The notes under the pieces: model-generated | The model's input: only the letters and a program-made list of their open reading frames with translations | Told to the model about the DNA's origin: nothing | Database searches by the model: none | Part shown: piece by piece, positions 1-13,418 of the stretch | How positions within the stretch are numbered: position 1 is the first letter of the stretch | How the letters are laid out: the number at the start of each line of letters is the position of its first letter | DNA from: Camelus ferus | Lineage: Eukaryota | Direction of reading: 5' to 3' | NCBI RefSeq assembly: GCF_009834535.1 | Contig: NC_045696.1 | Location: 5,148,001-5,208,000, forward strand | Length of the DNA: 60,000 nt | Program-made: the position numbers and the translations under genes

Positions 1-359
1 GTTCTCCACCATTTCTCATCCCAAAAGATGCAGGGAAGAACACAAATCCAAGGGTGGAGACGCAGAAGTAGTGGGGGCTTTAGAAAAGGTGTCACAAAGT
101 CTAAATCTCAGGCTGAGCCGAAATTTATGGGGGAAAATGTGACAGGCAACACAAGAGGCCATTTAGCTGTGCTGGGCAAGAAGAAGGGGGCTTGGGGTGA
201 TGTTCTCACGTTAGCAGACGGCAGGTGGAGGAAGAGAGACTCCACGTCTGCTTTGCTTTGATGTGCACGGAGAGGTGCTCTTCAAGCCGGAAACGTGGAA
301 CAAGAAGCATAAAAAAAGAAAGGAAGAGCGAGAGGAAGAGTGGAGGGGGACCTAGAAGC

Positions 360-425
360 AGGGAAGGAAGGGAGGAAAGAAGGGAAGAAAGAAGGAAAGA
401 AGGAAGGGAAGGAGGGAGGAAAGAA

Positions 426-466
<41 letters not shown>

Positions 467-541
467 GAAAGAAAGAGAAAGAAAGAAAGAGAGGAAGGGA
501 AGGAAGGAAGGGAAGGAAGGAAGGGGAGGGAAAAAGGAAAA
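360..541. repeat. Compound purine microsatellite (GGAA/GAAA/GA)n
   Basis: 182 consecutive purines on the + strand. Confidence 0.95.
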
Positions 542-1884
542 CTTAGGTTGGTTGCTTGAGAAAATAATGAGAACCCCTGATTTTTTTTTTTTTTTGGCAC
601 CAAAATTTTTATTAACTTCTTGCTCTCGTTAAACATTCTAAACAATATATAAACATTATAAACCAAATTAATCCCTTCCTGACCCAGGGTTGTGATAGGA
701 ACCCTCAAGGTACAAGGTGAAGTGAAGGCAGATCTAAGCTACTTTCACGGGTCTCCGGCCCCTCCCGACCTCCGGCTGTTGCGTCTCTTGCCCTGTCTTG
801 GCCATCCCTTAACAGTACATTCCAACCTCTGTAAAATGGGGGCTGAAAGTACCAATCTCATTGTTCTGAGGTTTAAGAGAATGCCAAGCACTAAGCCAGG
901 CCCTCAGGAGCATTCCAACTCCAACAGTTCCTCCACACCCTTGACATGGCTCCTCAGCTGTCACGGGCTGAGGAACCAATGAACCTGCAAACCAGGAACA
1001 TGGGTAAGAAGTCCGTAGGCCAAGTGAGGGCCTGGATGGGACAGTGCGTGAGAGCCCCTGATGATTTAAATTGACTTATTCTTTCAAAACCTACTATATC
1101 CTGGGCATTATCAGGGGAGGAGAGAGGATGTTGCATAAAGTAGTATTTGTAATCCTTTGCTATGAGGGGAGGCAAACCATATTTACAGCAAACTATTACA
1201 AAGGCTCTGAATGATACGTAGAAACTCTGGGCACCAGGCTACGCCATGATAATCCACCGAAGGGGAAGATTTTTTTTCTGACTGGAATGATTGGGGAAGG
1301 GGTCACATGGCTCCCATCCCTAGACCCAAAAAGATAACGTTTTAAGATTCTGAACAAAATGTTCCCAGACATAATCCCAAAGACCTTTGTAGATTATCTT
1401 TGAACAATCACATCAGACCTGTTAAGAGAACAGTTGTACTCCATACCACTTTTGAAAACAATAAATTCTAGAACTTACGGATTGAAATAAATTAGTTTAG
1501 GTTATAGAAAGGATAGTTTGTGAGCAGTCAGAGAAGTAAAGGGGCACACCAGAAGCTGGGCCGGCACCCAGTTTGACAGGGCTGGCTGAGGACAGTACCT
1601 GGCCGCAGTGCCAGGCTGAAACACGGGCGGGCTAAACCTATTTTTGAAATGGCGCCAATCCACGTGGGAAGGCTAACGTGTTAGAGGATGAAGCCCAGAC
1701 CCAAGGAGATAAAATTCAATATGGATAATCGTGAAGTCTTCTGTGTAAGTTGCGAAAATTCATTTACAAAACATACAGTGAGCATTGTGTTCTCACTGGT
1801 GCGGGGGAAAGAGACCATCAAAAAATTTCTGGTTTCTGCACTTGGCCTCGTTTAATAAAGGACAATAAGAAATCACAGGTCTTT

Positions 1885-2030
1885 CACAGAAGAGAGTCCC
1901 AAGTTGAGAGTTACCTGGAAATCATGCATCTGAGGAATGGTTGAGAAAATTAAAGAATTCAACCTGGAAAAGAGAATGCTGAAGCCAAACAGTGGACATG
2001 ATAGCTGCTTGGAAATATTCGAGCGGCTTT
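1885..2030 (+). mobile_element. Ancient CR1/L3 LINE 3' fragment
   Basis: ctggaaaagagaatgctg...ggacatgatagctgcttggaaatattcgagcggc resembles the CR1 ORF2 end as I recall it (LEKRRLRGDMIAVFKYLKG-like). Confidence 0.5.
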
Positions 2031-4636
2031 TCAGTCATTCCAGAGGTGCTGCCACTTCCTCCAGGTAGATATTACATTACAGGATTTCAACACCAGAGAA
2101 GGCAAGTGTCTCTCACAATGAATTGTATCCTCAGGAAAAACTTCGTGTGGCTTTGCTGTACCAGGGACTGGGCTGAGCCTGGAGACAGAGAGAAAAGGGC
2201 CAACGGGAGACAGCATGAAAACAGGGAGTCCCCACGCGAGCCGGGAAGGCTGTCCTCGCTGCGGCGCAGGGGTCCTCAGGAGCCCAGGGAACCAGACCAC
2301 CCCCGTCCCCTGCTGGGCTTGGGGAGGTGTGCGGAGCAAGTCGTGTCTGCACAGAGCGGTGTGGGCGGAGGACGGCCTTGGAGGAGCAGAGCCACGGGCA
2401 TCTCGGCAGGGAACGCAAGCGCAGGAAACTCAGAGAGACGGCTGGAGGTCGGAAGCAGGAGGCCGCCGAGCTGGAAAGGCAGCCTGGGCCCAGCACAGAA
2501 GGCTGGTCGTCTGCACTGAGGAGTCCTGTTGGCAGGGAGGTTTAAAGCACAGATGGTGTGTTTCGGATCCATCACCCCTCCTGCTGTGTGGGTGTCTCTC
2601 AGAGGGCTGGGCGTCTGGAGCTGGGGAGGCCAGGGAAGGTCCTGACTAGTCCGTGAGAACTGAACTGAGAGAGGAAACAGCAGAAGGCCCTGCTCCCTGT
2701 GCAGCTGGGAGCCGTCAACAGACGTGGTAGGCAGGTCGGTGCTGGGAGTGAGAGGGGGCGCTGTGCCTGCAGGAAGGGTGTCGGCCCCTTCCCTGGAGTG
2801 TCCACAGCCCCAGCTCATCTTAACATCTGTCCAAGATGCTGTGAAGGGGATTCGGACATTTACTAAGAGGCTGATTTCAAAAGGCCTTTCATGCTCTTAA
2901 GATACTATGATTCCATGACTGAAAATATCGTCTTAACTTGTCCTAGATCTTCTCGCCCCTAAGCAGAAGCAAGTCCGAAATTCCATCTTCTCCTTCCCCT
3001 CTCCCTGTGTGAGAAAGACCCTAAGCCCCACCTCAGCCCTGACTTCGCTCCCAAACTTGATTTCAAATCTGCCTTGAGCAGCTCCACCTAACGTTGCCGT
3101 TTTATATTAATATGTTAGAGGACTCACTGTGCTTGAAGCCAGTCACCTCCGCCTTCACCCAAATCACCTGCTTCCATGTCTTTGACTCCTGTGTCTGCCC
3201 CTCGCGCTACCATACAGCCAGCCGCACACGTCCCAAATCTCACCACTCCCCTGGACTCCTCGCGGCCCCTCTGTCTGTCCCCTCCACGCCTGTGGGTCCC
3301 TGATTCTTGCAGATGCCCTCTGTCTACCATCATGTCAGTCCGCTCCCTGCCCCCTGCCAACAAGTCCCTGCCCGCCCCCCATTCAGGCGCTGGACCGTCT
3401 GATTAATGCTGGTTTTACACCCACTCATCACTGCCCACTCTGCCCTCCTTCCTCGACTTCCCCGCTTGGCCCTGGTAAAAGCTTCTGGATTATGACCGGT
3501 GGTGCCAAGTTGCATCCCCTTGGCTCCTTAAAGACTTGACCATCCCCAATTCACCACCACCCCTGTAGTCAACCTGACCCTCTCCTTGCTTCCTGAAGGA
3601 GGGCCAAATCCCAGCACACATTCATTCTGTGCCGTGGCGCACTCTTCCCAGGAGAGTTTATGCTCCCTTGAAGGTGGGGGCAGGCTTCCATCCTTTCAGA
3701 CTGACCCCACCTGAGACAGTGCCCTCCCGGGATTGTGTCCCTCAGTCACCTGGCACGAGGCGCCTGCTCCTCTGGGTGTCCCTGCGGATACGATGTGTAT
3801 CGCACTCAATCCACAAAGGACTTTGAGATAGTGATTAAAAAAGAGATTGAACCAACAGACATGCGCTATGACTTCCCACTCAGCTGCAGCAAATGACTGA
3901 ACGTCTCTGGGCCCCAGTTTCCTGGTTTCCAAAGGCGAGCATAACAGCCCCCAGGCAGAGACAGATACCAAGCAGACGTGAGCCGGCCGTCCAGAAGGAA
4001 CTGGCGTGAGCTTCACTGTGACCCCAGTCCACTCCGTCCCCCACTCCCCAGAAGCCATTCACTGCTGGCCCATGGTGCCACCTGTGCCGTCCAGACCCCA
4101 TCACTGTGCTTTCAACCCCACCAGCTCTCAGCTTTCTTAAAGGTGAACTCACAGAAGTGAGTTTCCCTGACTATAATGTGTCTCACAACTTCAGATGAAT
4201 CCGAAGGAGAAGGTAGGAGCTAAGATAAAAGAGGAAGGGATGTGAGATGACAAGCGTGGCGAGGGTGGACCAGGATGGCTTGGGCCCTAAGCGTGGGGAT
4301 GGAGGCGCCTGCTAGATGCAGACACGGAAGATCTGCAGTTAGAGCATGTCGGTCCCCGAGGGACCTCTGTGCTCACTCGGACGCCACCATTCCTTACACA
4401 CTGAGATAAACAGGAGAGAAAACTCTGATGACTGACGTCAGGCGTAGAACAAGAACAGCGGTGCCGGCAAAACGAGGAGAGCGGGTCCCTTCTGGAGACG
4501 TTTGAGTCCGAGTTCCCCTCACACAGTGAGCTGCTGTGCAGTATTCTGCTCCACAGAGTTCCCCTCTCTTACTCAGAGAATTGAACCAGCCAGGGCCCGG
4601 CTGCGACACAGAGCTAATTAATCCCAGGCTGCTGGC

Positions 4637-4638
<2 letters not shown>

Positions 4639-4674
<36 letters not shown>

Positions 4675-4676
4675 TG
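4639..4676. repeat. (TG)14 TA (TG)4 microsatellite
   Basis: Read directly from the sequence. Confidence 0.95.
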
Positions 4677-5904
4677 TTTACTTTGCAAGTGTGAAATCAT
4701 TCTGGAAGTGGAGAAGCTCCTCATACTTACTGTGTCTTTGCAGATAAATATAGCAGCATGAGCTGGGAGACTGGACGCGACTTTGCTGTCTTTGCTTTGC
4801 TATGTGGGTGGGGTAAAGCGAGCTGTTTCGTTTCCCAGACTGAGCCCATCTGTGCACAGACTCGGGGCCTCGTTGTGAGGTCGCCAGTGGCAACGGGCCT
4901 GGCAGGTCATGGGGTGCCGGGCCACGTGTGCTTGGCCCTGTCACTGCCCACACCTCTCAGTTACAGCTTCCTGCTCCCTGACGTGAAAGCGACTGCATTC
5001 AAAAGTCAGGCGCCCAGAGATGGAAATGCTCCAGCATGCGCATGTCTTCATTCTAGAGCCAGTCACACAGTCAGCTGAATCCATTTCCAGAAAGTTCTGT
5101 CCATTGAACACTGCAGGTAGTAACATCGAGACTTTTAGAGAGCCACAACAACAACAAAAAAAAACAGAAAGAAGGCCTTTGTGTTCTAAGGAAGGAAACA
5201 TTCATTTTTGCTGGGACAAAATGTGTAAAAAGAAGAAATTATATTTTAAGGGAAATGAGAATTTCAAAACAATGCCATTAAAATGTAAAAAAAAAAAAAA
5301 AAAAAGATTTGCATCATGTTTAGGAAGGATTTCTTTTTGTCAGGAGTGATAACCAGGTCTTGGTAAACAGTGTCCTCAGAGAAAAGGAATAAAGAAGGGT
5401 TTTATCTCTGATTTGAAATAAACATCTAAGTTTCCAGACACAGTGATGTTCCATTTATACAATTCCTTGATCAGCCAAAGGGACTCATAACTCTATAACA
5501 TGCCTTGTTAAGTGATCATAATCTTTTTAATTTTGGTATTTTGATAACAAAGAGAGTAGAATTTGTATTACATAATGAATTACTTCCAAAATGTTGATTT
5601 CTGCCTTCTGAAAGTAAAATTGGGTTTTTGAAAAAGTGACAAATGAATAGATTGTAATAAAACCTTTAGCAAGCATCTGAGAGATCTGTGGCTATCTCTT
5701 TATGCTGTCAGATAGATAGATAGGTGCCTCATTTAGAAGAAATAAGGAATCCATAAAACTTTTGGTCATTAGTAGTAATTTGGATATACAGTCACATTTA
5801 AAAATGGCCATTGTCATCTGAATCTGTAGAGTATTTGTCACAAATGCTTAAGCGAATGTTAATGAGTTGTTTATCATGTACTAATATCAACTTTCTTTCC
5901 CCAG

Positions 5905-5935
5905 ATGCGAAGAGTTTGGCTGAGATGCTCATGAG
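5905..5935 (+). CDS. DSCAM: DSCAM coding exon (~exon 28), 31 nt: (D)AKSLAEMLM(S)
   Basis: Acceptor ctttctttccccag|ATGCG, donor ATGAG|gtaag, branch-point-like TACTAAT at 5879-5885. Phase 1 to phase 2; peptide matches juxtamembrane DSCAM. Confidence 0.95.
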
Positions 5936-7079
5936 GTAAGAACAAGACCTAGCATCCCAAATGTCATGTTTAAAAGAACAATCTCCAACTTGCTTTGATG
6001 GTTTCTTTCCTTTTAATGACAGTCTGAAGTCGATAACCCATTTTGTGGTTAACATACAGCTTTCATTCTATGGACCGGAATATCCATGTCATGCCGAGTT
6101 GGATACATAGATCCCAGGATACTACGCTCTTCTGCACAGCCTAGGTAGTTTTCTTGTAGCCTGGACTCAACCAATAGAGTGTTTCCCGTAAACCTGAGAA
6201 TAGAGAGGCGTGTTACGAATAAGCAGCTTTGGTGTTGCTTCCACTCAGATACGCCGCCTTGAGGCCAAGCCTTCTTGCTAGCAGTCAGCCAGGCGAGAAG
6301 AAACCCACCTCGTGAAATGGGTTGTCTGTTGTGCTCCCCAGAATCAATGGGCTGATCAAGAAGGACCTTCCGTGTCCCCAGCTCCCACAGCTCCTTCAGC
6401 ATCCCTCCACCAGGCACTCACCAACTCCTGCTGCAAATGTCTGCTCCCTGTCTGGTCTTGGAGGGCACGGCCTCCTATTTCATCACCGTTTTAGGAGTAC
6501 CCAGCACTGGAGTTGCCCCATTTTTAACCATTGAGTAGATGGCTGACTAGGGGTAGTTGAATGTTCACAGCTATAGAAGGCACTCCAGTATTTGTATTTT
6601 ATATTGTAGTGATTAAACCAAAAGTGAAAGGGAGATAATCAGAGTCTAGGAACCAGGTAAGAAAAATGTCAAGGACTGTGATGGTGAACTTGACATTGTC
6701 ATTTTAGGATGACTAATGTAGGAGATAAAGTGGATGGGATGTAGGTCCCTTCCCATCCCCTACCTCACCGCAGTTGGCTCTAACTTCCTGCCCCAGCTTT
6801 GCATATAAAATTAGGACTTTGTGTTATTCACAGAGAGTCATGTCCCGTATCACCAGTGTCATTGAAGATCCAAGTCAGAGGCTGAATACCATTGGCTCAC
6901 AGGTTACATTTCCCACGGGCGTCTTTATTGGTTTTAAAACAGTATGAATTGTTGGTAACAGATGTGCAGGAATCAAGGATGACTCTGAAATAGTTGGTGT
7001 GCGTGATTAGATTTGACACAAATTGTAAAATGATTATAAATCAATAAAAAATGTTAAAAAAAAAAAAACAAAAAACACT

Positions 7080-7280
7080 GATGCCCTTTGCCAGGATTAG
7101 GGAGATAGATGCTGGGGTGGACTTTTTTGTAGGGTGGAGGAAAGACATGTTGATCAGATCAAAAAGACTTGCATGGATTGTGTTGAATTCGGGATATTTT
7201 TTAAACGTCCAGTGAAGGTGTCAAGTAGCTGGTAGCAGGAAGCTGGAGTTCAGAGTAGTGCTCAGAGAGACAAATGGTCT
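7080..7280 (-). mobile_element. L2 LINE fragment
   Basis: gacatgttga...gtccagtgaaggtgtcaagtagctggtag...ggagttcagag resembles antisense L2. Confidence 0.45.
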
Positions 7281-10200
7281 GTAAAATACATCCTTCGTCT
7301 ATCTAACCACATCACGCTAGATCAAACTTGCATGATTATGAAAATCTATATAAAACGCCTTCAGTCCGTGCTCTTGTGCATATCTGTACTTGTTTGCTAG
7401 TGGTCACGTGGAAGGCAGCCAGACGTGTGCACTTGTGTTGAGCAAATCTGATAGAACATCTGGAAAACAAATAAATAAACTAGAGTCATTCGATTTATAA
7501 TAGTTCTCTACCCAATAAAATAGATTTTCTAATGTAGACTTAAAAATACGAAATTGTTGATGGCGTCTAAGAATCAAGAAATTTCACATAAAACGGTGGC
7601 TTTCTGACTTCTCCTGAAAATGCCCTTGGTCGCACTGGGCACAGCCCAGGTGATAACGGATGTCTGGACCTGCTACCAGCACCCCCTTTAGACTTGGGTG
7701 AGGCTTCCGCTCAGCACAGTGGCCCCGTCCCTGACTCCACCCCAGGCCTCCTCACCGATGTGTTCCCCAGCCTGGTTCCTGCGCTGCGCGTTCCCCCAGA
7801 GAGCTCCTGGCCACCTCCTTCATCCATCCCAGACCATCAGCCCTGCCTCCGCCCAAGCCCGTGACCCCGGGGTCCGTGTTTTCTAACACGGTCAGTATTT
7901 GCTTTGTTAGGGTGACTTGGCGCTGGCTTCTCTGACGTCCCCGCACCCGCGCTCGTCAGCCCAGGTTAGATGCTAGAGAGCATCCCCGTCCTTCTCTGTT
8001 AGCAGGCAGGCAGCGTGGCTGGAAGACCGCCCACTGACAAGAGCGAGAACTAATGACGATGTTTGCGGTTTGCAGCTGCCGGCATGAAGTTAGGAACATG
8101 GACACCAGTGATTATGGCCGCTCCAGGTGTGCGAGGCGGTTCTCTCCCAAAGGATGCATGTGGTTGAAAATGAAGGGAATTTCCGGGTTCCTCAAATAGA
8201 TGGATTTTTCTGGGATTAATTTAGAAGTGAAAGCGACTGCTTTTATTCACGAAGGGCCAGCTCGATGTACGTTTGGCAGGTCAGCAGGCCAAGCAACCGA
8301 AGGCCTCAGCCCCAGCCTGACCGGGTCAGGAAAGCCACGTTCCAGACGTGGCCCGGGAGGTGTAGGCGAGTCAGGGCCACTGGTACAGAGTTGCACTGCC
8401 TCGCTGTCCCCTGCTCCGTGTTCTCTCTGGGAAGGCGAGGACTTGAGGACTTAGCAGGCTGGGGCCGTGAGGACACAGAGTCACAAGCTTAGGTTTAGGC
8501 CTAGTGCTGCCACGAGATGGTTTTGGGATGGGGGGGTGCATCCTTTTGCATCTCTGAGTCCTGCTTTCCTCATCTGAAAACAAGAATTTGAGATTGTTTC
8601 TAGCTTTGTCATTCTGTGTGACATGCAGGTGAATGTGACATTTACTATCCGTCCGTGTCCCACAAGGAAGCATCCGAGTATTTCGGCGAGCTTAGTTCCC
8701 CCAGGGCCAGACAGACAGAGGCAACTGCAGGGCAAACACCAACATCCTAGAGCCTTCGGGGGGGCCCCTGCTTGGTGCCACCCCCACCGTGCTCAGAGAG
8801 GAAGGATTTTCCTTTTATACGATTAGGCAAGAATAAGGTTTTTAAACACACCAGGCTTCTAAGAGGTCAGACTGGCTTGCCCTGAGGCACTAACCAACGC
8901 GTCGTTAATGTCCGAGGACCAGTATTCCTAAGAAAGCTAGTTGTAGACAGTGAAGGGTTCTGGTTGAGAGTTTAAATTAGTTTAGTTTTTGATGTTTATA
9001 TTTTTATACGCGTGGTGATAAAAACGCCCACCTGACTATTACAATGAGCGATGATGCCGATACCCTCGCAGTTATTTTATGCTTGTGGGATGTTCCATAT
9101 CATATTTTGAAGAAGGGAATGCTATGCAAACACCATGATTACTTTTTTTCCCACAAAACTTAAAGAAATAGTAAGACTTCAAAGAGCTGTAGCAAGTGCG
9201 TGTAATTTATTGGCTGAGCCCAGAAATACCATCCTCTGCAAACCATCGTCAGCTCTCTGTCATTTTAATCAGACAACCAGATGGCAAATGGATGGTGGAC
9301 GACTTGTATTTCAATAATAACTAATACATTAAGCATGATCCCATAGCATATGAAGATGCACTTTTGCTTCCACAGTGAAAACACCCAGAATCTTTTTCCA
9401 GGTCACAAATGAGGTTTTTTTTTTTTTTTCCCAAATTGCTTTTTTTTTTTTTTTTTTGAAGGTTTGCTGCTGTCCTAATGATCAATTGTTACAATTTTGG
9501 GAATCAACCATCACATAACAATAGATTGTAAACTATGGCAGTGCAGGTGAAGATAAAGAAACAGCTTCCTTGGGACCCTTTTAGATGAAAAGGCTCTTAT
9601 TGCCCCCAAAACAAGGGCTCTGGGACCGTCACTCAGCCCCCAAACAGTGCAATTCATTCAAGACTTTCCGCAAATACTTGTTCAGTGTCTACTTTGGTCA
9701 CATGCTGTTCCAAATTCCAGGGATACACAGGGACAGAAGGGATGAAAATATCCCTTAAGGAGCTGATAGTCCGTTGGGAGAGGGGGGTAATAAAGGAGAT
9801 GGATCCATTAAACACCTGCTGGGGAGTATTAAGTGCCCAACAAGGGGAGAAGACTGAGTGGAGACGGGGGAGGAAGCACAGAGTGTCCCCGCCGCAGGGC
9901 CAGCCCGGCTCCCCTGAAGAGATGGAGGAGGGGACCCGGCCACGTGGGCTCCAGCTGGGGGAGTGTGTCCTAGGCAAAGGGACCAGCAAGTTCAAAGAGA
10001 GAGAGGAACAGTTAGCCCTGCATCTCAAGGTTTATTGGGCCATTTCCTCGCCTTCCGGCAGCGGGGCTTGGCAGCTTAGTCCTTGGGGGAGCGGGAATTT
10101 CCCTCCAGCTTTGACTGTCCTTGTTCCCGAAGTTAAATCATGTGCTGAGTCTGGGCGCCGGCCGCGGTGGAGCACGGCTGCGGGTAGTTTGCTGCCCAGT

Positions 10201-11869
10201 GCCGAGGGGCAGCAGACCCTGAGGCTGAGGAAGGCCGGCGGGGCTCCAAGCCGCTGAGCAGAGCCGCCTCATCCCTACTCGAGCAGGAGGTGAGCAGGAG
10301 GAACGAGCTCGCGCTGCTGTTTTTGGTGCGAGGACAAGCGCCCGTCCCTAGTGAGGTTCCGAAACAGACTCCGAGAGACTCACCGAGGAGCAGTTCCCCG
10401 TGTGTTTCCTGGAAAGAGCGCTTGTTTCCGCATGACATAACTGCGGTCACCAGTGCTTTCTGTTTTGTGTAAATATCTGAATCTTTGCTTTAAAACACAC
10501 ACACAAATAAAATGAGGCCTTGGTTAAGCAAATAATTGAAAAGAGTCGGTAGACCATGCAAGAAATTCAGGCCAAGGCACTTGAATTTGGGCTCTGCGTA
10601 ATTAGCATGATCTAGCTACGTAACCCAGTTACTCGTCTGCAGAGCAAGAAATCTGGTTCAAGAGCAAGTCCTACCTTGGGCCCCTGTGCCTTTCAAAAGC
10701 TGTCATTTTCATGGGCTATTTTGTTGACACTCAGGTGAGGAAAGAGCCATTAAAAAAAATTTAGAATATTAACATAGACCCCTGACTGCAAACATTAAAC
10801 TTCTCGAGTGAACTTGACCTTCAGGTTATTAACATTCTTCAGCCACGTAGTTCAAGAGTGGATGAGTGCTCATGGACGAGGAAGGATCTGGGCCTCCTGG
10901 TGAAGGCTTGGTTGTAGCAAAAAGCATCTGAGATACAGTACAGCTTCCCATTGACTGCTCTCCACTCAGTGTGGCCAACACGGCGATGAGTCGTCACTGA
11001 GTGTACGAGGCTCTACAGACCATTTCAAAACAGATTTTGGCAATTTTTGAGCTGGATTTATGGATGCCATAGATCACCACATTGATTAAATTATCCGAAT
11101 GGCTGCTGCTTCTGGAGGATGTTTTTTTAAATCTACTCAATTCTTAAAATTCTGCAAAGACTGAGCAACCATTCTTCTAATTGGATTGTTAATTAAGGTC
11201 TTCATCGACTTCTGCGGGTTTTTGTCCAACATGCAGACTTGTTGTTACTTCGCGCTGTGGCTGCCTTTGATTCTGCCATGCAGTTTTACTACTTGTTTTC
11301 ATTTACTTTTAGAAGACAGCTCACTCTGAGAGTAATTTTCTGGTACACAAATTTTGAGGTAAAATTCTTGTAGTAATTGCTTTTTTTCTATTCTAAAGTG
11401 TAATTTGGGCTAGGAAAACTAAACTAATGCAAGGGGAGTTAACAAGGTTTATGATTTGTTACTAGAACAAAAATAAAATGACTCCAGATATAAATACAAA
11501 CCTAGTCAGTGAACAGCCAGTACCCAGGCTCCGTCTCTTGCTGTCACTGGAATAACTCATATCTGACAAATGAAAATGTGTTGGTTTATGAGTGGTTTCT
11601 CATGTGTGTGTTTCATTTGGCTTTTACACAAGGAACGGGAAACTCCAAATTTCCGTCGACCGATGTAGAATCGATCCCTACTGATGATTATATTTTCTAA
11701 ACCTCACAATGGGCTGTCGAAATTTAATATTAATAAATATCAATTGAATGAAGGAAGAAAAATCTATCATGTGCCTCTTTCCCTCCCCTCCGCACCCCAC
11801 AGGCATTCACATAATTAGATAATAAGCCGAGTTAGTGGACAAGCACGTGTTGGCCTAATGTACCCCTGA

Positions 11870-12064
<195 letters not shown>

Positions 12065-12964
12065 TAGCCATGCCCTCTCAGCCCAAACCCTGGGCCATGG
12101 GAAGTATGAGACATGAGACCATCTTGAATGCTACATGAGCAGAGAAGTTAGGAGGTAGACAGCTTTTACTGAGGAGACGAATAAGTACCAGCAAATATGG
12201 GAGGAAATGAACTTAGAGACTCCACAGAGGTCAGCTGAGCAGAGTCCCCCAGCTCTGACCCAAGTTGGGTCTTTCCTGGAGAGGCTATTGTGCTGCTCCA
12301 AAGAACCAACGTCTGTAATCTAACAAACTGAGGAAGGCTTCACACTAAGATCCGGCTTGGAAGTTCACTTCATGTAATCTCCACAGCTCCAGTAGGGCCT
12401 TTATTCAAGAAACATTTGAAATCCCCTCACACTCAGCAAACAGGGGTCTTTGCACAGGCATCTTTTCTCCACCCCCAGTGCCCCTTCAACATCCTGGAAT
12501 AGCTTCCGCCCAGGTACTTTGGGAAAGACCCGGCCGCCTTGTTTCACGACGGCAGAACAGACGCTTGGCGAGCTTTCAGCGGCCTTTCCACCCAGAACGC
12601 GGTGTCTTGACTCCTTCTGGCTTCTTTCCACTCGAAGTTTGCTGTCCTGCACTGCTTACCTAGATGGTTCTATTTGTTCTAGAATCAGAGACTTTCTATT
12701 TCCACCGCAGAAACGATCAGAAGAAGAGCTAACATTTAGAGGAGCTCTACACACTTCTGTAAGCACTTTGTGTGTGTTAACTTACTCCTCCTGAGCAGCC
12801 TAGGGAAAAGGCACCACTTTGGAGCTGGGATGCGGACAGGGGACGCAGCTGGCAGGTCACTCGGACAGTTAGGAGCGGAACCGGGCAGGGCCCCCGCCTG
12901 GCCCTTGCCTTGCCTTTGGTGACTGTTAACACCTGTGTCCAAATAATTCTACCTGTGGCTGTTT

Positions 12965-13418
12965 AAAGAAAATAATGTCATTTGCAGCAATGTGGATGGA
13001 CCTGGAGATTGTCATTCTAAGTGAACTAAGCCAGAAAGAGAAAGGAAAATACCATATGAGATCTCTCATATGTGGAATCTTTAAAAAATGACACAAATGA
13101 ACTTATTTACAAAACAGAAACAGACGTAGGCATAGAAAACACTCTTAAATGGTTACCAGGGGGAAAGGAGGTGGGAAGGGATTCATTGGGAATTCAAGAT
13201 TTGCAGATACTAACTACTATATATATAAAATAGATAAACAAGCTTCCGCTGTAGAGCACAAGGAACTATATTCAGTATCTTGTAGTAACCTGTAATGAAA
13301 TAGAATATGGAAACAAATAGGTGTGTGTATATGTGTGGTTGAAACACAATGCTGTGCACCAGAAATTGACACCGCACTGTAAACTGACTACACTTCAATA
13401 AAAAGAAAAAGAAAAAAA
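12965..13418 (+). mobile_element. L1 3' end (ORF2 tail, 3' UTR, A tail), camelid/artiodactyl type
   Basis: catttgcagcaatgtggatggacctggagattgtcattctaagtgaa...aaactgactacacttcaataaaaagaaaa; closely similar to 45470-45900. Confidence 0.92.

Noticed and set aside
225..708. ORFs rich in K/E/R (+) and F/L/S/P (-)
   Set aside because: Translations of the purine microsatellite.
10790..11260. Coding-like stretch with a short inverted repeat (cactcagtg...cactgagtg)
   Set aside because: No ORF or recognisable peptide; possibly an ancient transposon, but unassignable without a search.
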